The translations under genes were made by a program, and so were the position numbers. Positions 18,155-32,310 of a DNA stretch of 64,000 nt are shown piece by piece. Numbering within the stretch: position 1 is the stretch's first letter; each line of letters begins with the position of its first letter. The notes under the pieces are model-generated. The model was not told the DNA's origin and did no database searches. It worked only from the letters and a program-made list of their open reading frames with translations. Source of the DNA: Dictyostelium discoideum (lineage: Eukaryota); NCBI GenBank assembly GCA_000004695.1, contig CM000155.2, forward strand, positions 3,488,001 through 3,552,000, read 5' to 3'.

Positions 18155-18581
18155 AATAATTTAAAATTAAATTTAAATAATGAAAAAAAAAAAAAATTTG
18201 TTTTTATTATTATGATGGCTAGTTAAATGTTTTTGCTTGGATATTGGTGACTTGATTAAAACAAATTAAAAAAAAAAAATTAAAAAAAATTGAGAAAACA
18301 AGAAAAAAAACAATAAAATTTTACATTTTTTTTTTTTATTAATAAAAAATGATAGCAAAACAGTAGGATTTGGAATGTTCTCCCTAAACAATAAAAAGAT
18401 AATAGATTTAAAAAAGTATTGAAAAATAAAAATTAATTAAAATTGTTTTATTTTTTATGATTTTTTTTATTTATTTATTTTTTTTTTTTTTTTTTTTTTT
18501 TTTTGGTTATTTTTTATTTTTAAAAAAATAAGGATCTATATTACAATTGTATTGATTTTGTTTAAATTATTATTTTATTAT

Positions 18582-21110
18582 TTAATATAATTTTAAAATG
18601 AACTTCTTTTGATTTTGACGCCATTTTGGTAATTTATAAAATTCAGATCTATTTTGACCAAATAATCTCTTAAAATCTTGGTTGTTAAGGTAAGACTCTA
18701 ATTTAAATACATCATAAGCTCCAGATTTTTTATTTGCAACAATGGTTTCATATGGGATGTAGGTGAAATTTGGATCGTCAATATTCATTTCATCATTATC
18801 ATCACCAGTTTTTAAATCACTATGTGAATTTAAATCTGAAAAATGATTATCATCACCATCACTATCAATGGTTACAGAGGTTATTGAATTTGAAGAACTT
18901 GTTCTTTGTGAAACTGATAATGGTGATGATTCATATGTTCCTTCACTACCATTTGGATGTTGATTAACAATTGCTGGTGATGATGATAATTGTGATGTTT
19001 GTGATTGTTTTTGTGAATTTGATTTTGTTGTTGTTGGTGGTGTTGTTGTTGGTGGTGTTGTTGTTGGTGGTGGTGTTGTTGTTGGTGGTGGTGTTGTTGT
19101 TGTTGGTGGTGGTGGTGTTGGTGTTGCTGTTGTTGTTGTTGTTGTTGGTGTTGGTGTTGGTGTTGTTGTTGTTGTTGTAGTTGAAGATGGTTGTTGTGAT
19201 AATGTTTGTTCATTATTTTCATCTAATGATACTTTACCTTTTCTTTTTAAAGTAAAATGACCAGTAATCTTTGAAATTGTTGAAACTGATTTTGATCTCG
19301 TTCTTTGTTCTTCAAATGTTGGTGGTGGAGTTATTGAACCATCATCGTTATTATTTCCAGTTTGTAAAGAAGAGCCACCATCATCAGGACCTAATAAATT
19401 ATCAAATTTCTTTTTACGAGTTAATCTTGGTCTACCATTTATAACATTATCAGCTTCATCACAACTTGTATTTGAAGGTGATTCAATTGGTGGTGTTGAT
19501 GAAGTAGAATTTGGTTGTTGTAATGAAGCTGATAATTCACTTGGGTGAATAGTTTTTCTTTTTTGAAATAATGTATTAAAAATTGAAGGTGATGAAGGTG
19601 GAGAAGAAGAAACATTACCATTTCTTGGTGAACTATTATTTGAATTATTATTTGAACCATTACCATTTGCTGCTGATGCTGTAGTTGGAATATTTGTTGC
19701 TAAACTTTGTTGTTGATTACCATTATTATTATTATTATTATTTTGAGCAATCATTGATTTAGATAAAGTTTTTCTACTTGAAGTTGAAATACCACCACCT
19801 ATATTAGTACTACCACCAATACTAGTATTTAACATTATTTTAACAGATTCATCAACATCAGAATTTATAGTTTTTCTATTCTCTCTTAATTGATTAATTA
19901 ATTTATTGATTTCACTTTTTAAATTTGATTTTTCTAATTCATTTTTACAATAAATAGTATAAACCTCTAATTGATCTTGTTGATTAAAATATTGAATTAT
20001 TATAATTGGTTTTTCAGGTTCACTATCATTATGATTTATAGAATTTTGAAGTTGTAATTGTTCCTGTTGTTGTTGTTCTTTATCATGATGATCATCATCT
20101 AAAACTATTGAATTTGAAAGATCAATTATACCATTAAATCTAACTTTTTTATTATTTGAAGATCTTGGTGTACCCATAATTATAATATCATTAAATAGAT
20201 AAATGATTGAATCTTGTTTCTTTTTTGGATTTACAAATAGAAATTCTTTAATAAAGAAACGACTTGGTTGAAATAAATTATTTGGTATTGATTTACCAAC
20301 TAAATTTGAAAGGATTTCAGTAAACTTTTGAAAATTTTCAACTTTTCTTTTACGTTCATTTAAAAAGGTAGCAATACTTTTAATTTTTTCGACAGCTTCT
20401 TTCAATGGTTGATAATCTGGATGATCAGTCCATGTATTTTTAACCAATTCTGTCAATAATAGGAAATATCTTGGTACACGTTGAATTGGTAAAATTAAGA
20501 ATGAATCAATCTCTGATCCACCAATCTCTGGTCTATTATTAACTTCATTCATCATTGAATTGAATTTATCGGAATTCTTTTTAAGATCTTTAATTGCTGC
20601 GATTGAATTATCATAATTTTCAACATAACTACTATAAACCTTTAAAAATGATGAAATCGATAAAAACATATCACTTAATTTCGTATAAATCTTCCAATTG
20701 TTACCACATCTTTTCTCTAATTCCTCTAAAAATGTTTTACCAAAATTATATATAATTATTATATCACTAAATATCATTCTACTTTGTTCTTTACTTATAA
20801 TCTCTTTTTGTAATAATGGTTCCATATAAAATTTTATACATATATTTAAATTTTTAACATAATCTGTTTCTGTTTTTAATATTTCATCTGTAATTTTTTT
20901 TCTATGTATTATATTTCTTTCTAAAATTTAAAATAAATAATTATTATTTTTTATAAAAAAATTGAATAGAAAAAAAAAAAAAAAAAAAACTTACTTAATT
21001 TTAAATAAACTTGTCTAACTTTATAACCTTTCCATAATGCTTGAAAATATAAAAATCCTTTTTCACATTTTTTATCTATTATTTTAAATTGTAAAAAAAA
21101 AAAAATTAAT

Positions 21111-21144
<34 letters not shown>

Positions 21145-21664
21145 AATTAAATTTATATTTACAATCAACTTTATTACCAGATATTATTTCAATTTTCTTT
21201 TTAATTACTAATGTACCACCAGGTTTTTGTTTTTGATTAAAATTAAATTTAACATTACTTGAATAATCTTTAATTTGTGATAATAATAATTTTAAATTTA
21301 CTAATTCATCTTCAGCTGGCATTCTAATTTGAACATTTGATGATTTTGGAAATTCAATTGTAAAATCTTTCTTTTCACATGCAAATCTTCCTAAACATGA
21401 TAAACATTCAACAACTTTAACAATATTTTCACCTTTAAATAAATCATCTGTAAAAAATAATTTTTGTGGTGGAAATCCAAAATCTTTTAAACCTAATAAA
21501 AAGAATTCAATATTACCTCTAAATTCGAATCCCTAAATTTTAATTTATTTTTTTAATATATTTAAAAAATAAAATTAAAATTAATAATAATTCAAATTTT
21601 ATTAAAAAAAAAATAAAAAAAATATTATTGAAAAAAAATCACACTTGTCTTATTCCAAAAAAAA

Positions 21665-21705
<41 letters not shown>

Positions 21706-22001
21706 CCAAATTTTGATTTATAAACGATTGATGGGACAGTATTTTCTTGAATTACATTAATTAAATCCCATAAAATTACACCATTTTTTAAAGCATCAAA
21801 AAGATTTGTTTGAATTTTAACACCTAAAACTTTTTCTAACCATTCTTTTACTAAAATTTCTGTTTTTAAATAACTTTTAACTTTTTCATCAGATACAAAT
21901 CCGATATTATTTATTAATTTAAAATTTGAAACACCTCTTAAAAATGTTGGTCTTTTTAATCCTTCACCATTAGATATAGCGTTATCTTCGCCTCTATGCA
22001 T
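18582..22001 (-). CDS. Rho/Rac GEF with CH (calponin-homology) domain, IQ motif, DH domain and PH-like region plus a Pro/Thr-rich linker. Four exons on the minus strand: 22001..~21704, 21532..21163, 21075..20995 and 20920..18582. About 1029 aa.
   Basis: Exon 1 (EILVKEWLEKVLGVKIQTNLFDALKNGVILWDLINVIQENTVPSIVYKSKFGG) and exon 2 (FEFRGNIEFFLLGLKDFGFPPQKLFFTDDLFKGENIVKVVECLSCLGRF) form a CH domain. Exon 3 (KKCEKGFLYFQALWKGYKVRQVYLKL) is an IQ motif. Exon 4 begins with the DH domain (RNIIHRKKITDEILKTETDYVKNLNICIKFYMEPLLQK...LILPIQRVPRYFLLLTELVKNTWTDHPDY). Introns 2 and 3 are phase-consistent, with donors GTAAAT at 21162 and GTAAGT at 20994. Intron 1 (GTAAAA donor in the G5 run at 21703, acceptor TTTAG at 21533) is off by 1 nt. 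That is either a homopolymer length error or an alternative site. Confidence 0.72.
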
Positions 22002-23093
22002 TTTTTATTATTTTTTTTTTTTTCCTGTATCTTTTTTTTTTTTTTAATTTTTTTTTTTTTTTTTTTTTTTTTTTAATCAAAGATAAAAAATAAAAAAAAA
22101 AAAAGAAAAAAGAAAAAAAAATTAAAAAAAAAAAAAAAAAAAAAAATTGAATGATTTTTTGGTTTTTGATTCTGTTTTTTCAAATAAAAAAAATAAAAAA
22201 AATTTTTGAATCTTGGCAACCACAAGGTTTAACTTTGTTTTTTTTTTAAAAAAAAAAAAAAGAATTTTGAAAAATAAAATAAAATAATTTATTTTAATAA
22301 AAATAAAATAAAATAAAAAAACCCCCAAATTTGGAAGGGGGTTTTTTTTTTTTTTTTTTTTCCACCCTCCATAATTTGGGGGTTAAAAACAATAGAAAAA
22401 AACCCCCCCGGGGAACCCAATTTTTTTTTTTTTTTTTTTTTTTAAAAAAAAAATTTTTTTTTTTTTTTTTTTTAAAAAAAATTTTTTTTTTTTACACTTA
22501 AATTATTATAAAAAATAAACTCCTAGATTTTAAGGAATTTGTCATTGCCAAAAAAAAAAAAAAAAAAAATTGGGTTAAAACAAAATTTAAATTTAAAAAA
22601 TATATTTTCAAAACACTATTTTGTGATCATTAGAAATAAAAACCACAGCTTTCATCGCTACTAATACCAAAATTTGTTTTTTTTTTTTTTTTAATCATTT
22701 TATTTTGTTTTATTTTATTTTATTATTTTATTATTTTTTTCTTCTTCCAATTAATGACATCCAATCTTTTCTGATTTTTTTTTCCATTTTACTCCAAATA
22801 TTAGCAAAAATATTAAGGATTGGAATAACATAAAAATTAAATTGAGATCTTGATTTCTTTTGATTATTTTATTTAAAAAAAAAAGATTGAAAAAAAAAAA
22901 AAAAAAAAGATTTTTTTTAAAAAAAAAAAACAGATTAAACAATTTCCAATAAAGGTTCAATTTTCTTATTTTGTTTTCCAGGATGTTGTAATGTTGGTAA
23001 TGCAAATGTAAACCAATTACTATAATTTATATATTAAAATTTGAAATTTATTTGTGTTAATAATAAAAATAATAATAAAATCATTTAAAAAAA

Positions 23094-23114
23094 TTAAAAT
23101 AGTGATACATACAA

Positions 23115-23145
<31 letters not shown>

Positions 23146-24082
23146 GCTTTAAAGAATTGTTTAAAATTTTGTAAGACACCAAAATCATAAGGATTTTTAT
23201 AAATTTCACCTCTTGCTTTTGCTTTTTTAGATTGAGTTCTATTATGAAGGAATTCGATTGTAGTTTGATTTGAAAGTATTAAATAAATTTGCCAACCTAA
23301 TAAACCACCCAATGCAAATGCTATCGTTAGTGTGATAACGAATGACATTAACATTGAAAACGGTATATAACCACTCTCACTATTGAATACATGTGGATAG
23401 GATAATATACAAACATAAACACATGATATCCAAAGATAAACTAAAAATAACATAAAGTATCGATGATTATTTGCTCCAACACAATTATTAACCCATGGAC
23501 AATGATGATCCATTTTTAAAACACATGTACCACATAATTGACAATGATGAGTTCTCTCTTCTTTTGGTAATCTACAATGTATACAAAATCTATATGTCTC
23601 TGATCTCTTTATAGTTTTAATACTTTTAAATTCTATTATTTTCTCTTCTGAATAATCTGATTCCTAATTAAATTATAAATATTATTATTATTATTATTAT
23701 TAGTTTTAAAGTTGAATATTTTAATAATAATTATAGTAATAATAATAATAATAATTACCCTTGGTGGATGACCTGGTGAAGTTATAATTGTTAAAGCATA
23801 ATTGAATGCAACATTAAATAATAAGAAAAATGATAATGAATAATGAAATAAACTATATAAAAATAAATATGTATGGCTAGTTGTGCTTGTATCATCTATT
23901 TTATCAGTTGTTCCATCATCATTTCTATGTGTAGGTGAAATTAATGTGGGTAATATTATTACAAAATGAACTACTGCTATTGAACCAATTAATAATGTTG
24001 CAAATATTACAAATAATGGTCCTACTAATTTTAATAAAAATTGTAATACATGTTCAACTCTTTCTAAAAAGGTTGTTGTCAT
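23094..24082 (-). CDS. DHHC-type protein S-palmitoyltransferase (zf-DHHC), about 298 aa. Two exons: 24082..23759 and 23663..23094. Phase-0 intron 23758..23664.
   Basis: Exon 2 carries the complete DHHC cysteine-rich domain: [49 protein letters not shown], i.e. Cx2Cx9HCx2Cx4DHHCx5C. Hydrophobic TM segments flank it ([77 protein letters not shown]). The exon 1 ATG at 24082 is a true ATG. The donor is GTAATT after PGHPPR. Confidence 0.85.
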
Positions 24083-24489
24083 GATTTATTTATTTATTTA
24101 TTTATTTTATTTATTTATTTATTGTTTAAATTCTAGTGTTATGGTGTGCGTATGCGTTTGCGTGTGTTTTTTTGTTTTTTTTTTTTAATTTTTTTTTTTT
24201 TTTTAAATTTTTTTTTTTTTTTTTTCTTTGGTGATGTTTTAGGTAAGATAATTATTTTATTATTTACTTGAAAATGAAAAAAAGTAAATAAACAACTAAA
24301 ACTAAACAAAACAAAATAAAATAAAAAACGAATTTTTTTTTTTTTTTTTTTTTATTAAATGAATTTAATATGTATTTTAATTTCTTTAAATTTCAGACTA
24401 ATGGCTTTTAAATTAAAAAATAAAAAAAAAATTAAAAAAATAAAAAAAAAAAATAAAAATCTTTTTTTTTTTTTAGAAAAAACCACCCT

Positions 24490-24529
<40 letters not shown>

Positions 24530-24664
24530 AACTCTCTTTTGTTTTGGAAAAAAAAAGAAAAAAGAAAAACAGAAAAATAAAAAAAAAAGAAAAAAAAAAC
24601 CAAAAAAAAAAAGAAAAACAAAAAAAAAAAAAACAAAAAACAAAAAAAAAAGTTGTACAAAGGG

Positions 24665-27735
<3,071 letters not shown>

Positions 27736-28138
27736 TTTTTATAAACCTATTCCATTTAACTTTTTTTGTACAGGAAAAAAAAAAAAAAAGTATTTTGTAT
27801 ATATCATTTTATTTATCTCTCTTTTGAAAAAAAAAAAAAAAAAAAAAAAATCAATTGTTACTGTATTTTAAATTTACTTATTGTCAGACAGTTTTTATTT
27901 CTTATTTCAAAAAAATCTTTTAAGAAAAAATAAAGTTTTGATTTCTTAATATACTATTTTTAATTTTTTTTTTTTTATTTTTTATTTTTGTTTAGGTTTC
28001 TAAGCTTATCTGTATTACTCTTTTTATTTTTAATTTTTTTTTTTTTTTTTAATTTTGAATTTTACTTGTAAATTATAATCTATAAAGGTTATTAAATATA
28101 ATAGATCACTATAATAAATCTTCAAATAAACACATAAT

Positions 28139-28171
<33 letters not shown>

Positions 28172-29267
28172 TTTTTTAACAACAGGGGAGATTTTTATTT
28201 TTGGTTTTTCCAACAAGAGAAAATATTAATTGTCTATATACTTTTTTTATATCTTCATTTGTACTCCACTAAATATGAACCACTTTTGATTAAAGTTTGT
28301 TTTTTAAAAACTAGTTTTCCAAACAAGTATCCCTTACTATTTGCAATCATTTGTAGAACCATTTCCAATTAATTAGTTGAGTTTCTAAAACTACTATTAT
28401 CGAACATAATCAAAGTAACTAATTAATTTCACATTTTAAAAAAAAAAAAAGAAAAAAAATTAAAAAAATAAAGATTTATTTTTTTAGAATAGTAAAAAAA
28501 AAAAAAAATAAAAAATAAAAAATTATTTTTTGAACAATATTTATATAATATAATTCTTTCTGAAAATCATTATTAAAAAAAAAAAAAAAAATAATTAATA
28601 AAAATAATATATATAAAGATAATCTATATTTATTTATTATTAAAATTATTTAATCATAGATTATTATGATAATTAGATAACAAATCTTCAAATATATAAA
28701 CACATAATATAACCACCGTGGTGAGTTAAATATTATCATAAATAATTTACCACAGTGGGTTAAATTTGGAAACCAAAGGCTAAAAAAAAAAAAAAAAAAA
28801 AAAAAAAATAATATAATTAAAAAAAAAAAAAAATACCTTAATAAATAAGTGAAAAAAATAAAAAAAAATCAAAATTAATAATTTAAACAGTTCCCAAAAT
28901 ATCTCCTAAAAAATGGAAAAAAAAAAAAAAGGAAAAAAAAAAATAAAAAAAAAAAAAAAGTGAAAAAAATAAATGGAAAAACTGCCTTTATCTATTTTTA
29001 TTTATAAAAAATTAAATAATAAATAAATTTTATCAAAATTTTGTATTTTGTGATGTTAGTGTGTGTCATAATTGGAATATTGAAAAAAAAAAAATAAAAA
29101 ATAAAAAAAAAAAAAAAAAGAATTAATTAATGATTAATCATATGACTAACATTATATTTTCAATTTTTTTTTTTTTTTTTTTTTTTTTCCAACCCCCCAA
29201 AAGGGACCCATTTTTTTTTTTTTTTTTAAATAAAATTTGGGGCCCCCCACAGTGGAATAATTTTAAA

Positions 29268-29298
<31 letters not shown>

Positions 29299-29421
29299 TT
29301 TTTTTTTTTTTCAAAATTTTTTTTTCTTCATATAAAAATAAATTTTCCAATTCATTTTTTTTTTTTTTATTCAACTGTATATTATTATAACTCTTTATTT
29401 GTATTTTAAACTAATTTCACA

Positions 29422-29964
29422 ATGGCCGATGTTTCCTCCACAGAATTAAAAGCTGCTTACGACGAAGTCTTAGCTGATTCAAATGATACCAACTGGTAAA
29501 TATTAATAATAATTATAATTATAATAATAATAATAATAAAAATATTTTTAAATAAATAAATATATTAATTTTATATTTATTTTATTTTAAAAAATAGGTG
29601 TTTATTCAAATACGAAGGTAAAAACAAAATCGTCTTATCCGGTAAAGGTAGCGGTGGTTTTGCTGAATTAGCCCAAGAAATCAACCAACCATCTGAACGT
29701 TTATATGCATACTTAAGAGTTGTATCTGGTGATGATGAATCAAAACGTTCAAAATTCGTTTTCATCTCATGGTGTGGTGAAGAAGTTGGTCCCCTTGCCA
29801 AAGCTAATGTCTCTGTCCACAAAGCTTCAGTCAAACAAGTCATCAAAAACATTGGTGTTGAAGTCCATTACACCGTCGCTGATGATCTCAATGAAGAAGA
29901 ATTAATGACCAAAGTTCGTAAATCAAGTGGTGCTGATTACTCTGGTAACAAATCAACCAACTAA
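29422..29964 (+). CDS. coaA: Coactosin (ADF-homology actin-binding protein), 146 aa. Two exons: 29422..29495 and 29598..29964, phase-2 intron.
   Basis: MADVSSTELKAAYDEVLADSNDTN|W-CLFKYEGKNKIVLSGKGSGGFAELAQEINQPSERLYAYLRVVSGDDESKRSKFVFISWCGEEVGPLAKANVSVHKASVKQVIKNIGVEVHYTVADDLNEEELMTKVRKSSGADY. The ADF-H fold signature is present and the 146-aa length matches Dictyostelium coactosin. The Trp codon is split by the GTAAAT donor at 29496. Confidence 0.85.
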
Positions 29965-30792
29965 ACGTTACACGCATCTAAAAATGTATACATATTTTAA
30001 AAAAAAAAAAATTAAAAACAAAACAAAAAAAAAAAAAAAAAAGTGTATCAATTATAATAGTAATAATAAATAATAATAATAGATAATATAAAAATATACA
30101 CAAATTATATATTATACATATTTATAAACAAAAAAAAAAAAAAGTTGGTTAATATGGGCCTTCTTTATATATATTTATCTATTTATTTTTCTATTTAATA
30201 AAAAAAAAAATCTAAGTCAATTTTTTTTTTTTTTTTTTTTATCCACTTTTTTATGTGTGGAAATTTTTTTTTTTTTTTTAAAAAAAAGTAAAGATATTTT
30301 TTTAAAAAAAAAATATCTTTACCTTTCCTACCATTTTTTTGTTTTTTTATTTTTTTTAATAATAAAGGTAAAAAATAAAATAAAAAATAAAAAATGAAAT
30401 AAAAAATGAAATAAAAAATAAAATAAATGAAATAAAAAATGAAATAAAAAAATATAATAAAAAAATTAAATGTATAAAATAATTTATTATATATCCCAAA
30501 TAAATAATGTTAATTTTTATAATGAATATTGTTGGTGGTTTTTGGTATTGTTATTATAAAAAGTTGTTAAAAATATCAGATTTCTTTTTCAATCAGGTTA
30601 TTTTTTTCAAATAAAAATTTCATTCTTACACAAAAACTTCCAACCGATCAAAAAAATTTTCATGAAATAAAAAAATATTTTTAGTTTTTTTTTTTTTTCA
30701 TTTTTTTATTTTTTTTTTTTTATTTCATATACAATTTTCAGACCCCTTATTTTATTTTTTAAATAATAATAAAGCAAACGATCATCCATAAA

Positions 30793-31562
30793 ATGTCAAG
30801 AAAAAATGGAATGTTTAATTGTCAACACATTTCAGATGAAGGAAAAGCTGGCCAATGGTAAAATCTATTTTTTATTTTTAGAAAAATAATTAGAGTTCTA
30901 ATTTTTTTTTTTTTTTTTTTTTTTAATAAGGGAGATGAAATATTTACAATTAACAGAATCAAATTTAATTGTTAAAGAAAATGCTGATGATCATATTGTC
31001 AGAAGTACAATTCATCTTTGTGATATAGTTTATGTAGAAAGAGAGAGTAAATCAAAAACCTTATCATTGGATAAACAATCAAACACAATTGAAAATTTAG
31101 ACGATTCAACAAATACTGGTCATGTTTCAGTTGAATTATCAGATTCACAGGAATCAATTTTAATACACATTAAAACTCGTTATAAATCTGAATGGAAAAT
31201 TGAAATGGAATCAGAGGAAACTTATGAGGAATGGTATAATATTTTTAAAAGACACCAAGGTGTAATGAGAGAGATAGACATTAATCCTCCACCACCAAGA
31301 AGAAATCGTAAACCTAAATATACATTTAAAACTTTTTATGAAAATAGAGAATTATTAGGTGAAAGATGGATGCTTTTTGCATTCATAGCCTATACAATCA
31401 TTTTAGTAATTTTATTTTCAGTACTTTGGACTAAATATGTTTTACCAGAAAAAAATATTGTTGAAATTGAATCTCAATGCTTTATTCATTCAGCAGAGTA
31501 ATTATTCCAAAGTTTTTTTTTTCCAAGTTTACTAAAAGAAAAAAAAAAAAAAAATATTAACC

Positions 31563-31600
<38 letters not shown>

Positions 31601-32083
31601 TGTTACAAAATTAAAATTTTAGTGCTGTATATGTTTATAAAAGAAATTATGATTTAGAAATTTTAGTAACTTATCAATTAGAAAATGGTCAATTTTTAAC
31701 AAATTTAATGTATCAATATTGTAGTGGTAATGGATGTCCAGATTTTATGGATGATAATTATAAAGTTGGCACAACTGTAACTTGTCATTATGATGAAGCT
31801 GATCCAAATTATGTATTTTTTGATCTTAGTCAAATGGTTAGAAAGAGATACACAATTACATTTGGTATTTGTGGTGGTCTACTTGGTCCTTGGTTAATAG
31901 TAGTTTTGGTTATAGGGTAAGTTTTACAATGATAATTTTAAAAAAAAAAAGAAAAAAAAAAAAAAAAAACAACTTTTTTAACTCTTTTTTTTTTTAATTT
32001 TTTATTTTTCTATTAGATTTTTATCAAGAAAGAAAATTGCTCAAATGTTTAAAGATTCTTGTTGTCCAGATGATGATGATTAG
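30793..32083 (+). CDS. Two-pass membrane protein of about 330 aa. It has a cytosolic N-terminal domain, TM1, a roughly 95-aa Cys-containing loop, TM2 and a short acidic CCPDDDD tail. Four exons: 30793..30857, 30931..31497, 31623..31916 and 32017..32083.
   Basis: ATG at 30793 (MSRKNGMFNCQHISDEGKAGQ|W). All introns are phase 2 with good signals (GTAAAA/TAAG, GTAATT/TTTTAG, GTAAGT/TATTAG). The frame stays open across each junction: ...IESQCFIHSA-D-AVYVYKRNYDLEILVTYQLENGQF..., ...GPWLIVVLVIG-FLSRKKIAQMFKDSCCPDDDD*. TM1 is WMLFAFIAYTIILVILFSVLW and TM2 is ITFGICGGLLGPWLIVVLVIGFL. The track ends the ORF at 31501 (TAA within the GTAATT donor) and lists 31708..31920 as a separate ORF. Confidence 0.6.
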
Positions 32084-32310
32084 GAATTATGTAAAATAAA
32101 AAAAATAATAATAAAAAAAATATATTTAATAAATTTAAGTGGAAAAAAATAAATTTTTCAATTTTTTTTTTTTTTTTATTTATATATATAAAAAATACCA
32201 AAAAAAGATGGGAAATGAATTTTTTTTTAAAAAAAAAAAAAAAAGACAAACTAATAATTTTTATGTATAAATATATTTTTTTTTTATTTTTTTCATTTTC
32301 TTTCAATCAT

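Noticed and set aside
24653-24664. ORF-track start codons at 24653, 2804, 7467, 35358, 53591 and 62826
   Set aside because: The bases at these positions are TTG, not ATG, so the track evidently allows bacterial alternative starts. For a eukaryotic nuclear gene these are internal codons or exon continuations, so true starts and splice junctions were re-derived.
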